From: Tubulanus polymorphus
Taxonomy: Eukaryota; Animalia; Nemertea
Reading direction: 5' to 3'
Assembly: GCF_964204645.1 (NCBI RefSeq)
Contig: NC_134026.1
Coordinates: 891,950 to 955,949, forward strand
DNA length: 64,000 bases
A program made the translations under genes and the position numbers. Below are positions 25,446-38,000 of the stretch, piece by piece (the first letter of the stretch is position 1; each line of letters begins with the position of its first letter). Under the pieces are notes generated by a model. The model had not been told where the DNA came from. It saw only the letters and a program-made list of their open reading frames with translations, and did not search any database.

Positions 25446-27313
25446 AAATACTTACCGTTATAAACAGTAAATCAATGGCTGCTACAACGTTTTGTTATCA
25501 CAGTATATATAAATACCAACGGAGTTTCATCGACTGCATTTTATTTATTTCGTGTATAGATTACTTATAAAAGGACTAGTGAAAACTTGAATCAACGATT
25601 GAGTATAAAAAGTTGCATTTGATAGTAATGATTAACAATGATTATATTATATATTGTCAATGAATTAAATAATTGTTTATGGTGCTAAATATCTGTAAAT
25701 AAGTTGTATATGTTATAAACTGATGTAAAACATGATACATCATTATGTGTATAATGATTATAAATCTAAGCCCTACTATAGATACTTGTATTTTTCCTCC
25801 TCAAGACAAAACGGGATAAAAGAATGATCGGTTTTAGTTATCAACTGTATTATAGTAGATATTGCTATATATCGGTGTAATGTAAATGTAAAACTCTCAT
25901 TCAAATAAATGTATGAATTAACTCGAGTTTGTCAAATAAAACAATTTCAATAATATCTTTAAAAACGCGTGTTTTTCTTGTCTACTGCGGTATTGAATGG
26001 CTTGATTCTGGTAACGTCCATGAAACAAGGATACAGAAGTTCTCAGCAGCAGCTCTATGAGAGGAAATCTTCGATTTATATCATATTTGAAACGCTCGAG
26101 GAACACATTTTTTAGCAATCAGTCTATCATCTGTGGTCTATTTGAGATGATTAAATCGGTTTATCGAGGACCCTAATAATGAAGAATTTTGAACTTTTTC
26201 TTTAACCTGAGGGAGTTGTGGGCTCTCACTTAGTAACACGAGTGGGACTAAAGAATGTACGCCCGCATGTATTATCGTTATATCTGGCTCCTAAAAGGAT
26301 GCTTCGTTTCTGATCCAACAATCCGTCATCCACAATATCCACATCCAGTTCAAAATTAATAGCGATAAACAACAGAATCTGATTAAAAGCTTTATATTTA
26401 TTCATGTACAGATATCATAGTAACGGTACACACATAAACAAACATAATAATAATAATTCACATACGTCGGTTATTAATAAGGTACTGGTATTTACTATTT
26501 ACAATAAGATGGTCATATAAAAAAATGATCAACACCATGAATCTACAGCTCCGCACTCGCTATTGATAATTACTCAGAAATGAATCTTTATTCACAACAA
26601 ATAATGTTTCTAATAATATACATAAAACTATATGGATGATATTGGGTTTATTTCCACAAAATATAGACTATTAACTGTCTACTACTGGCATACTGGTGTG
26701 AATTGTGGCTTCATTACAAATTGACAGTCCTAGTTCCGAATGAAATGCTCAAAATTTCTCCAACCCTTACTCAATATTTGGTGTAAAGAGAATCTGTGCT
26801 GACTGTTTATTCTTCATCTTTGAAGCGGGTGAAAGAAATCATTATTTTACATTTTTCTTGATATTCCGATTTCTAAATTCGGATTATGAAATTACGCACA
26901 ACGAAATTACACAATTCCGTACAAATACAACAGTAATTTTTGATGATAAACTAGATTTAGGAGAAATCAGTGCCGAAAAATTTTATTGGCACAAAAAACC
27001 AACATATTTACATAATTTCTATCAGTTTCAAAGATACTGAAACATCTCCATTGAAGTATTTTCTAAATGCAAAAAATAATTTTGAAAATGTCATTAAAAA
27101 AATCTTTATAAATCTAGACGTTTTAGATGATATCATTTTTTCAATACAATGATTGAAAAAAATTATCTAATAACATTGATTTACTGGAGTGATTCTGTTG
27201 GCACTTGTTAAAAATATGATATACATGTATATTCATTTTATTCAGATAATCATTTTAAACCAATAATTGCTTGAAATTACTATGCCATGATAATGTTACA
27301 ACTTCATATATTA

Positions 27314-27533
27314 GGCTAAAAAAAATTGATACCTTGTTTCTCCACTCTGCTGAGCTTAAATGTTGACCCGGCCGGCCGCCTATCTACCCTATACATTACT
27401 TTTTTTAAAATCGTGATCAATTTTACCATAACAGACCCGGCCGCTATAGAAATGAACTGTTTATAAATTTTATCATATTTTACAAAAATGACCCGGCCGC
27501 TGCGGAGAAACAAGGTATCATTTTTGTTTAGCC
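27314..27533. mobile_element. PIF/Harbinger-type MITE, copy 2
   Basis: Same TIRs as 5727-5917 (GGCTAAAAAAAATTGATACC / GGTATCATTTTTGTTTAGCC) with a TTA target duplication. Confidence 0.88.
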
Positions 27534-28957
27534 TTACACTGACATAGAAACTGCTAAACATAAGAAAAATGATAGGTATATAATGCTGTGATTTGTAGAT
27601 GATGGTTCCTCAGTTATTAAATAAGATGTCAATAAAGGAAGCTTCCCATAAAATATACACATGAAAATGCCAATATCTAATGTATCCTACCTATAGTACG
27701 GTACACATTTGTAAGGCATTACGAAACATAAGAAAGGTTTCGGACTTTTTTGAAAGTACTACCAGATTCTAGTACACGTGGGTACCTACATATTTTATGG
27801 ATTGACTCCAATATTGTTTGGAGTAAAATACTCCCATGACAATCAATATCATACATACTCAAATATTCCTAAATACTCACAGAGTTCAATCGTTAAATAT
27901 TTACAGTTGTTTATCCCACGGAAGAATCCATGTTTATCAAACGCATTTCAGTTCAATATTGAATACTAGAACAGCACAGTTACGATGTAACATAAATTCA
28001 CACGATGTCTGTGAAAATGTTTGTTCTATTGTACTCAATTTTTGTAAACTAACGAAATAATATATCTATACGACGATATAATTGAATATTTTCATGGCGA
28101 ATGCGATATTTTTTTGAAGTCAAGAAACATTCTACACATCAGAATCTTTCTGCAACAACGGAATCGTGAAACTGTTTCTATTAAAAGTGAAATAAAATTG
28201 AAATCAAATGTATAAAAAACACATTCAGTATTTACAACATGAACACGTAAAAAACAATCGAATCATAATTTTCACCACGATGTTGATGATTATTACGAAG
28301 AAGCTACAGCAAATCAATTTGATCGAGGACTGGAGTCGACACGCACAGAAATTGTAAATACTAATGATCTCCAAGTCAGAGAACCGGCATGCATTATAGC
28401 TGTTTGAAATGTTTAAACAATTTTGTGGCATCAAGTTCAGTCATGGACTCGTCATTTGAGTGGTTTTCTAACTTATTATTCGCTGTTATTGGATTTTGTT
28501 TCAGTGAATGATTATATATTTGAAAAGAACGACACATTTTTCACTCGATGTATCAATTCTAACTATAGTCGCGATCACGCGTGAGACGATTTGGCCTGGT
28601 TTAAACAGGCCTGAACCAGACCTGAGTAAGATTTGGTGTGTGGCTAATATAAAAGCGTGTTCACACGTAAATCACTCATTGCCATTATCAAAATGCTGTA
28701 ATGGTAAGTCACTTCCAGAACATTTAACATTTGTATGTGTATTAATTTGTCCTGCACTCAAACACTTTTGATTGGGCCAAATTTAGCCTGTATCAAACAG
28801 ACACCAGTCGGAGCAGTTGGCCTGCGCCAAATTTTGCCGCATTATGAAGAACTGTTCTATGCGGTAACGGACAGGAACTCTCTCATAGATCAGCGTTTAT
28901 TGTGATTATTTGCAGCCTTCGTATATTGCAACATCACTGACTGTGTTATAAATGCAC

Positions 28958-28958
<1 letters not shown>

Positions 28959-28992
<34 letters not shown>
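28959..28992. repeat. (TA)n microsatellite just downstream of the MORC2 stop codon
   Basis: Uninterrupted TA dinucleotide run. Confidence 0.95.
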
Positions 28993-28998
<6 letters not shown>

Positions 28999-29036
28999 TC
29001 TGGTGGCAGCAATGAATCCTGCACATTTAGTTCACA

Positions 29037-32000
29037 TTATTCCTGCTGTAACGCTTGCTTTACACAAGCCTCCAATAATTCGTCGACTTGCTCCGAGTCA
29101 GATTCTGGATCGATATCGAAATCCTACAAAAAAAACACATTTCATATATTACAGGTACTATAGTAATCTTGGGCGTGGCTTAGGTTCCTATCAGGGACCA
29201 ACTATCAACTGATCAGGAAAACTAGATATTCGATAGTGTACTAATACAGTCCTAGTCCTTCAGAAAAAGACTTCCATATTAATTCAAGAAACATCAACAT
29301 TTTTGAATCGCGGACTAACGAGTAATTCGCGAAGAGTCATGAAAATACTGGACAAATTTGTGAATTCCCATGGGGTTAATTCATAGTCAGTATAACCATG
29401 ACTCTATCCAGTGCCATACTTTCGGATAATCAGTTTTTCATGCGGGCATCACAAACACTGTTCAAGTTTCGAAATGGAAATCAGACATGAAGCACTGCTG
29501 GTAAAATCCACCTGTTCTGACACCTTCATCAGGTATAAACCATTGTCCTCGATCCGCAATCTTCAAACAAAGCAGCTCATTTGACAAGATAATAATAGTA
29601 GAAAATGGTCGTCGTTTTTAAACAGTTCTGATAGAACAGGACCCGGGTGCTGACCCGAGGCAACGCGATGCGACCGTCCGGCATAACGCAGCCGGCACTC
29701 GTGCGACCGTCTACATCAATCACAAACCTACACTGTAACAGTGACATGAAATCTGCTAAGAGTTTTCAAGATGCACCACTTGTCACCTAATTGTCCGCGA
29801 TATCGATACATCTCATAAGATTTAACTGTCAACAGCTCCTTCGGTGTAACGAGTTAAACAGTATTATAGACACCGCGATCGCTTCAGGATAAACTTGAGG
29901 TCGCAATTCATACAAGTTAACTGTCCATTAAAACGGAATTATCTAAGTTGTTTTGATGTAAACATTGTCGCCATAGATTCTCTAACTATGTAAATTGAGA
30001 AATCTGCGACTAGTCATCGAATTAGACTTAACAATTTTTTACTCGCAAATCACGGGTGCCTTGGAATAAGGTCGATTGAATCCAGACTGATCCTAAATCA
30101 GCAAATATATGAAATTATAATTCAGATCTAGTTATTCGAAGATGAGCCATTAAAAAAGTTACGATTAGATTAACGGTTTCCTAAATGGTCGACCGAACCT
30201 GTTTAATCAGGCCATGATTCACAATTTGAAATATCAACCGACACGTCGTCAGGGTCCAACTCTCTCGGGGCGTGTCTCTAGCTCATTGTGGACGGCCACT
30301 TTGTGAATGAAAAACATGAAAGCCGTGATTTTTCACGGTCGAAAACGACATCAAATTACTCGATATTTCATGATATTATGTTGTTCTCTATTATGGTTTC
30401 GGAGAAAGGTGGCAAATTGTCTGTAACAGCAGCATCTGTTCATTCGATTTATAAGTGTTTAATATCGCTAAACGCCACTAATGTAATAAAGCGATACTTG
30501 AAAAGTGAAACGGCAATTATTCTATCCATCTCGCAATTACCACAATGAATTTCAACATTCTATAGACTGTATATGAAGTCAAAAGCAACGTTTTTAGCAA
30601 CAATTTTTAGTGAACGTTACTATTTGATGATGAGATATCTATAGAGAATCACACAATAATAACGAAATAATAATAATAATAATGTTTCCTTGAACTAGTA
30701 TTCATTCAACGTTTCGACTATATCCTAATAGTCTTCTTCAGGAATACTGTATTCCTTGAGCTAATAGTTTATTCAACGTTTCGACTTTATCTTAATAGTC
30801 TTCTTCAGGAATATGACTATAAGGATATAGTCGGAATGATGAATAAACCATTTGCTTAAGGAAACATTTTCGGACTTAATATCATTTTTCCGTTGTTATT
30901 GTGGGATTCTCAATAGATTTCCCTAAATTAGCATTTTAATTTTGACGAATTTCGCCCTAGTAAGATGCAAATTTCTAGCTACTTCACGCGCGAGCGTTTC
31001 GTAGCGAAAAGCGCGAAATAACTTCACAAGTACTTCGCGAAAAACCCATTAAAATTTGGTGCCAAGTTTCATCAGAACCGGCGTGAACCGTCGCCCGAAA
31101 CGGCGAACGTTTAGCGACGACGAGCCCGGTTTCAAATAATTAGAAAATAAATGATTCGGTATTTAAATGCGGCTGGCGTTTGTTATTTCCCTCGTCGGAA
31201 TTATACGAGGTGAATTTTGCATTACAAATTTTTCGCCAAAATCTATGGAATCTATGGAGACCGTAACGGAGTCATCAGTAATGACTGCGATGTTTTCGAC
31301 GTCTCGTAAAAGATTGTCTACGATTCCCCAGTCGACGTCGTAATTGAAAAGCACCAATAGGAACGCTGCGTCGTCGAGATGAGCTAACACCTTCGATGTA
31401 ACGTTCATTTTTCGGCGAGTATGAGCGTCATCACGAACGACGAAGGGGCTCGAGGTGTTAATTCATCGATACCGCGCGGGATAGACGACCGAATAATCCT
31501 CGGTGAATAAACAACATCTATGACCTTAACGTGTCGCGATTTGATGGAAACGATGCAAGTTTTCGCGGGTGAAATGGAGCTCAGCTGCAGCTCAGTCGAC
31601 AATGTGTGGACCGAGCTGTAAATGAGCGGTGAACATGTTTCTAGCGCGCCAAACCCGGAGAAAATCAGTTTTATGTGCCGGCTCGCGAGTTCGGCCGCAC
31701 ATAAACGGCGTTAAAACAACGGAACGCAGGCTCAGCTAGTCGTGCCCGGGCGTGTTAAATTAGCCAGCTGGGGCAGCGCGATGACTACTGCGAAAATACA
31801 TGTTTCATCGTTCTAATGGACAGTGTTTATTCCCTGAAGCTCGACTCATTTTACAATGAGATACATTTACAAATTGTACTGTAGATATTTCTACTCCCGA
31901 AAAAAAAACTGGTGTCTACGAAATGGAAAAAATACGTCAAACGGTTTTTTGTACTCACTTCGTTGATAGTTTTCAGCAATTTCGCGATCAGTTTTCGAAG

Positions 32001-35000
32001 TTGCGATAGTTTATCTTTTGCTTGATCAGATTCTTTTTTCTTGGTTAAAGCTTCCGCTTGGAAATTACTGACCAACTGGAGAGAAAAAACAACAACAGAA
32101 TCAAGGAGATTGTATTAGAGACGTGGCTGTGACAGGTCATTCAAACGCTGCAGGTCTCATCACGGTTTCATTCTGTTTAATTCAGTTGGTTCATAGCATT
32201 TGAGTCAAAATATTCCATCAGTTTTACTTTGAATTGCAGGTTTGTAATTCAAGTCTGGTTTTACTGGTCCCATTAGTTTTCTGATAGTTCTCTCCTATCC
32301 TCTCCCCACACTCATCAAACTTGCCTCAAATGGTGTCTCTAATAGCGCTTTGTAAACCAGATTAGAGTAATTTGACATCAAAAATAGAAGTTTCATAAAA
32401 TATGTACAATAAATTTCTCTGATTTTGAGAGTATTTTGATATTTTCAGGAGAATTAAAAAGCTTTAAAAAAGATTAGAAACTACTCTTAGATAGCAGTCA
32501 CAGTCAGGTCTCAGGTTTTGAGGGAGGTTAGAAAACCGTCAGGGATGAAATGTCCAATAATTTCTCCTACCTTTCTGAGACCTTTTTCATAATGATCGAA
32601 GAAATCATCCAGCGGAAACTGAGCGAGTTCTTGTAAACTGAGACCGGAAATCATTTCTTTCTCCATCGTCCATTCGGGAGGCAGAAAATATCGTAAACAC
32701 GTCCTGAAATATCATAACATAGCAGCAGGATGAAGTGGTTTTATAAGTGGTGAAAATATACCGCGCTGATTGTATTGGAATTACTGGTTTCCCTTCATGC
32801 TTCTATTTGCTATGTTTTTGGGCACCTTGATTGGTTTAGTTTAGTTAAGTTTAGTCCTGTCCTGTGGCATGGTGGATATGGAGTTTGACTCATAACCGAG
32901 AAATTGTGGGTTCGAATCCTACAGGTAGGACACATATCAGTGCCGGGTCGACTCACTGATTTAACTACAAAAGTCGTGCCTGGCAAAAATCTTCAACACG
33001 ATGAAGTTAGCCAGTAATAGGTAGAACTAGTTTATTTGACAAACTCATCAATTAGATACAAGGCAAGTTACAAAGAAAAATACATAGAATATGAACTAAA
33101 ATCCTATGAATGTATCTGGTAGAAATGTAATATAAATAGTTGATTCAAACATACCTGTATCCATCAGCTATTTCATCGTGATGAGTATTAGATGTAGATG
33201 ATGATGATGGAGTTTCTGTTATTTCTGCTGCCGAAGATGAAGTCGATTCTACGAGTGATTTCTCAGTTAGTTTCTTCTCACCGGTTATCTTCAAATCTTT
33301 ACTTTCTCGATCGAACCTACGAATAAAAACTTTCATCGATGTAAAATGTGCATTTAGACTTCATAAAACATTTTTAAATAAGTGTTGAGTGTAAAACCCA
33401 CTGCGAAAAAAAAAATGACAAGTTTTAAAACATCAATAAATTAATCAAAAATTCTGAATTCTAGAACAGCTGTTGTGAATGGTTTCATTATCCATCAGTG
33501 TTAATATGGTCTCTTGGACATCAAAATGTCCTTTTAGGATGTGAGAAGTTCATCACCCCTGGATCTAAACCTCTAGTATTAATTCACGGCGAATTTCTAC
33601 CTCTATTGCTTGAAATAAGTATTTACAAAATTGAGATTTTAATTTTACTTCCATTTCAAAATTCAGAAAATTCGATCAGAAAAACCACAACAATGTCGAT
33701 TCCACTTCTCAAAAAAATGTCTATCGGTACAAAAGATAAATTGCTTCAGGGACTTGCTCTGATATTGCAGTTAACCACTTCAAAACACTGGACAGAAGCC
33801 GCTAAAAATCAACTCCACGACAAAAAAAGACACATTTATCTTCGTTGTAGAAACTCGCTCGCTCGCGTGCCCCCGTTACAGGTAGAATGGGCATATGTTG
33901 AAACATCGACTAATAGTTGGAAATTACGGTGCTACCATCACACATCTGCTGCACTAGTAGGAGGCTATATTACGCGTGCCCGCGGGCCATACATTAATAC
34001 CGGTAATTTATACCAGGTCTGAACAAACACACGTCAAAACTTTCAATAGCCAAAAACACACACTGATTCTCTGACGAGAATCGAGCCTGCCTGCCTGCCT
34101 GTCTGCCTGCCTGTCTGTTTAATTTTTTCTTAGCCAAGCCTTCGAGTTGCGCATAATTAGAGGGGCCACAAATAAGATTTTTTTGACAGTCTAGACTATG
34201 CATGATGATATTTTACTGGTCTAGTAGAATTGTTGATGAGATCCAATCTATGTCCATACAAAAACATATATCGGCTAAACCACAGTTTATCATTGATACA
34301 ATGGTTTTCCTCATTTACCGATGGAATGATGGACTAGTGATAAATTGTCAAGTTGATGGTTTGTTATGGGACCGCATTGATCCATAAATCGTTGTCCTTC
34401 AGAATCTAGAGAACACATTCAAACTACATTATCTAGAACGTTCTAAATTTAGCCCATTCCAATTTTTGGCGTTAGTGTGAATGCGGCTTAGATCGTGATG
34501 AGACATTTTCAAGCTCGTAATTGCAGGTCTTACTAATGGAAATAAACTGTTAAACCGTAACGCATAAAACCGTCAGAAACCACAATTAATACACGGATAT
34601 ATCACAGCCAACGATACTTTTAATAAAAGCCCGAATGACATGCATAAAACATGCGAGTAATTCGACTGCATTCCATGTAAATGAATAGAATAGATTTTGA
34701 AGACTGGTCATTATTTCATTAAACGCACTACGAGTCAATATTCCCCGGAACCGTTGTCATCGGAGAGCACAGATGGACGAACATAGATCACGATTCCCCG
34801 AGCTATGATCAGAACTACAGTGATGTAATAAATACATGATTCTATTGACAGAGTTGATTCAATTACAGCCCGCGATGACCTTTACTCAATACCCATACAG
34901 GACGACATTGATCAATCACTATTAATCGTTATCTAATTCTATTTTGAAAAGTAATTTCCGATAATTCACCGAGACTCTAATCATCCTCAACTGCATGTGT

Positions 35001-38000
35001 TCAGTTTCTCTGTGGCCTTTTCTAACATAAGATCAAAAATGAAAATTTCAACCGGCTAATAATACCTCGAATGGCATTCAGTCGTTCGAGGGATTTGATT
35101 TTTTTAAACTGAATAAAGCAGTAATAAAATCAAGGAGGAACCACCGCATGCAACGTGATAGTAACAATCCAGGTCAAATTGGGCAGTACAAAATTGGTTC
35201 CGAAAGTGACTCACTTGTCTTACACAGTCAAATACGTAAAACATACATTGATACAAATATAAATCTCAACAAATTTTCCTGATTTTAAACTGATTTTTAG
35301 CGTCTTTACAAAATTCCCAGAACAGAAAAGTCCCTTCCCTTATTTCCAGGTTAGCAGCCACCCTGCATTAAGAAATTATAGAGGAGCTGCAACAAGGAAG
35401 GGACTCCTCACTCTTCATCCCTTTAATTACATACAGTGAAATGATACCAATTACTGAGTCAGAACTATTGTGATAAACCCTTACATACATCTGACTGGTG
35501 ACATTTCACAAATACTCGCAGTGTCAACTTCAGCCCACGACGAGTTAAACATATCACATTTTACTTTGATCTTCTTGAATTCCGGAAGAGCCGTACGCGA
35601 CATCGACTTTTATACGTCGCGTGACAACTTTGACCCCTCGGAGCAATAGCAGGCTGACAATCCTCACAGCATTCGATCCTCACAAATACAACACACGATT
35701 AGAAGAGAACCTGCTGAGAACGCACGGCAAATACACCGTTAATTGAAGTAATAATGAGAATATTCGAGGACGGGTGGTCAACTTTGATCCGACGATATCG
35801 TCATCAATTCCGGGTCAAAAAACAAGAAATTAATCCTATAATTGAGTTAAAAACTTCTCATTCACGACAAGACTCGTACTCTCGGGCTCAGAGTGAATAG
35901 CAGCAAAAAGAAAAGAAACAACATTGAAATACGATAAATGTCAATATACACCAAAACCTTATCATCAGACTTGATAGAAATACATTAGAATCTTCTCTGG
36001 ATACAAGATCCTTAGTTGTCGATATCGGTTTATCCCAGTTTACTTAAGATTTACGGTAAGTTTCTAATCAAAAATATATTCCCCTTGGAATACTTGGGGT
36101 ACTGAACATTAGCTGTGATTACACAGGGACGATTTGGACTGGGCCAAATTCGACTCGGGCCTGATCCGACGTTTTTGGTGATAATTTTTGGGAGCCGACA
36201 GATCCCCTGCATTAAGGTATCTAACTGTGGCATCAAATTCTAAAACATTCCGGGTTTTTCTCTCCTCCAACAAAAACGTGAAGCGTTGAAGCTTTCTATA
36301 TGACACCGCGACAAAAGAATTACATGAAAAACCTGCAGGAAGATAGTGAAGAGGTTAAACACAAGTGAAGCTCATTGATGAGTTTAACTTCCTGTTCATA
36401 ATCATTGTTCAATTCAAGCACAGGAGGTTTTAAAGAGCTTTGAGGAATAGTTTCAACTCCTCTCTTCAGAAAAGGCTGTGTCCACTTATATTGAAAACAG
36501 ATGTAATCAAGTGGGATCTAATGTAATGACACAACTAAATCAAATTTCATTTCTTCAATTCAAATGGCGACCATAACGAAATTAATCGGTGAACATGTGT
36601 ACAAATTTAGCCATGAAAATTTAACAAAATGCTTAGCAAATAAGAGTAATAAAATCTGTGAGTTGATACGACAAAGACAAGGAAACTCTTAAATTTACTA
36701 AATCACTTTTCAATAAACCAGATCTGAGAAATTTACGAAAGATTTATTGCCAATTTAGGAATATAAAATTGAGAATAAGATGTCTACAATTTGAACGATT
36801 AAAATTGCAAACTAAGACACAAGATGAATGGGGGTTAGTTACAGGTAACCATTACTAAACATATCATCCGCCGAACTAATAATTATAAGAGGAAAGTAAC
36901 GTGCGCGACTCTAAAATCTACAAAAGTGAAACTCTCCCCAGTGACTCTAACTACGCAGTTCACTTAATGGAACCGAAGTACTCGACTACATCGAAACCTA
37001 GCAATCTTCTTCGGCATCTTCGCGCAAAATTATCTTTCTAAATTTTTATCGGAGCATGCGCGCGTGCGTGTGCGCGATATCAATGTCTCGAGCGCTGAAT
37101 TCGAGACATTAAAAACAAAAGATCGACCATTCGGACAGCCTCGTGTAGCAATCACTCGGCATCTGGATAAGTGGGTGTGTTTGATAGCCGCAGCCTCGGG
37201 TGACACGGTAATTTCAGTTTCAGTTTAAATGAAACGCTATTATGAAGTTAATATAAACAGCGTTTTGTCGTTTTATTCCCAGATGGACCGATCACATGTA
37301 TTCAGTGTCATCTTTAAATTGTAGCTCTATTACTCTCCTGTGACGTCTCAAATGACGTCTCTATATTTTTTGAAAAATTTCAAAATCGTCGAAACCTTTT
37401 TTCAGATGCGCGATTTGCATAACGCACCAATATCACTGACGGCGCCATCGGCTAAAATCACTCGGAAATAAATCTGCTCAGTCGCCGGCATCGCGGTTAA
37501 TTCTGTTTTTAAAACAAACTTCTTTCGCTTCGAAAACAGAAATTCAAATCATCCCCGAAAAAAACCACGGTTTGTTCAGAAATTCTGCTGCATATGGCTC
37601 GTAAATGATCTGCCTATTATTCGGCCGAAGATCGTTAATCCAGATATGAGTCCGGCTGCTTTGACTTTACGAGTTTTCAATTGGCCCGACGACGTCGAGT
37701 GACTGGCGGTATCACGAGATTCTTATCGATAAGATCGAAATGTTGACAATGATACAAGACGTTGGTTACCAGAATGTTCATGTTTAGTAACACGCAGACG
37801 ACGCCCTCGAGCGATACAGAAAAAAACATTCTAAAACTCCGCAAATTCATTCTTTAAACCAAAGCTTTCATCAAAATAGACGCGAAGTCGACTAAATAAC
37901 ATGTTACGTCCTCGATCTAAAATGCAATTTGATTTCGAATTTGATAAGAAAAAACCGTCTGAAATGATTTTTAAAGAATTTTGTGAATTCGACGTAAAAG

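Larger units (their letters stand above)
30638..30918. mobile_element. Short palindromic element built from inverted Penelope-like terminal repeat fragments
   Basis: The ends ATCTATAGAGAATCACACAATAATAACG and CGTTGTTATTGTGGGATTCTCAATAGAT are inverted. The internal unit is present twice in one orientation and once, damaged, in the other. It carries hammerhead motifs typical of Penelope-like elements. Confidence 0.65.

Noticed and set aside
32866-32930. Functional tRNA gene
   Set aside because: A and B boxes are present but there is no complete cloverleaf or acceptor stem; treated as a SINE head.
33498-34022. 174-aa plus-strand ORF as a nested gene in a MORC2 intron
   Set aside because: Non-ATG start, no recognisable domain and no clear splice structure; likely a chance frame or TE debris.
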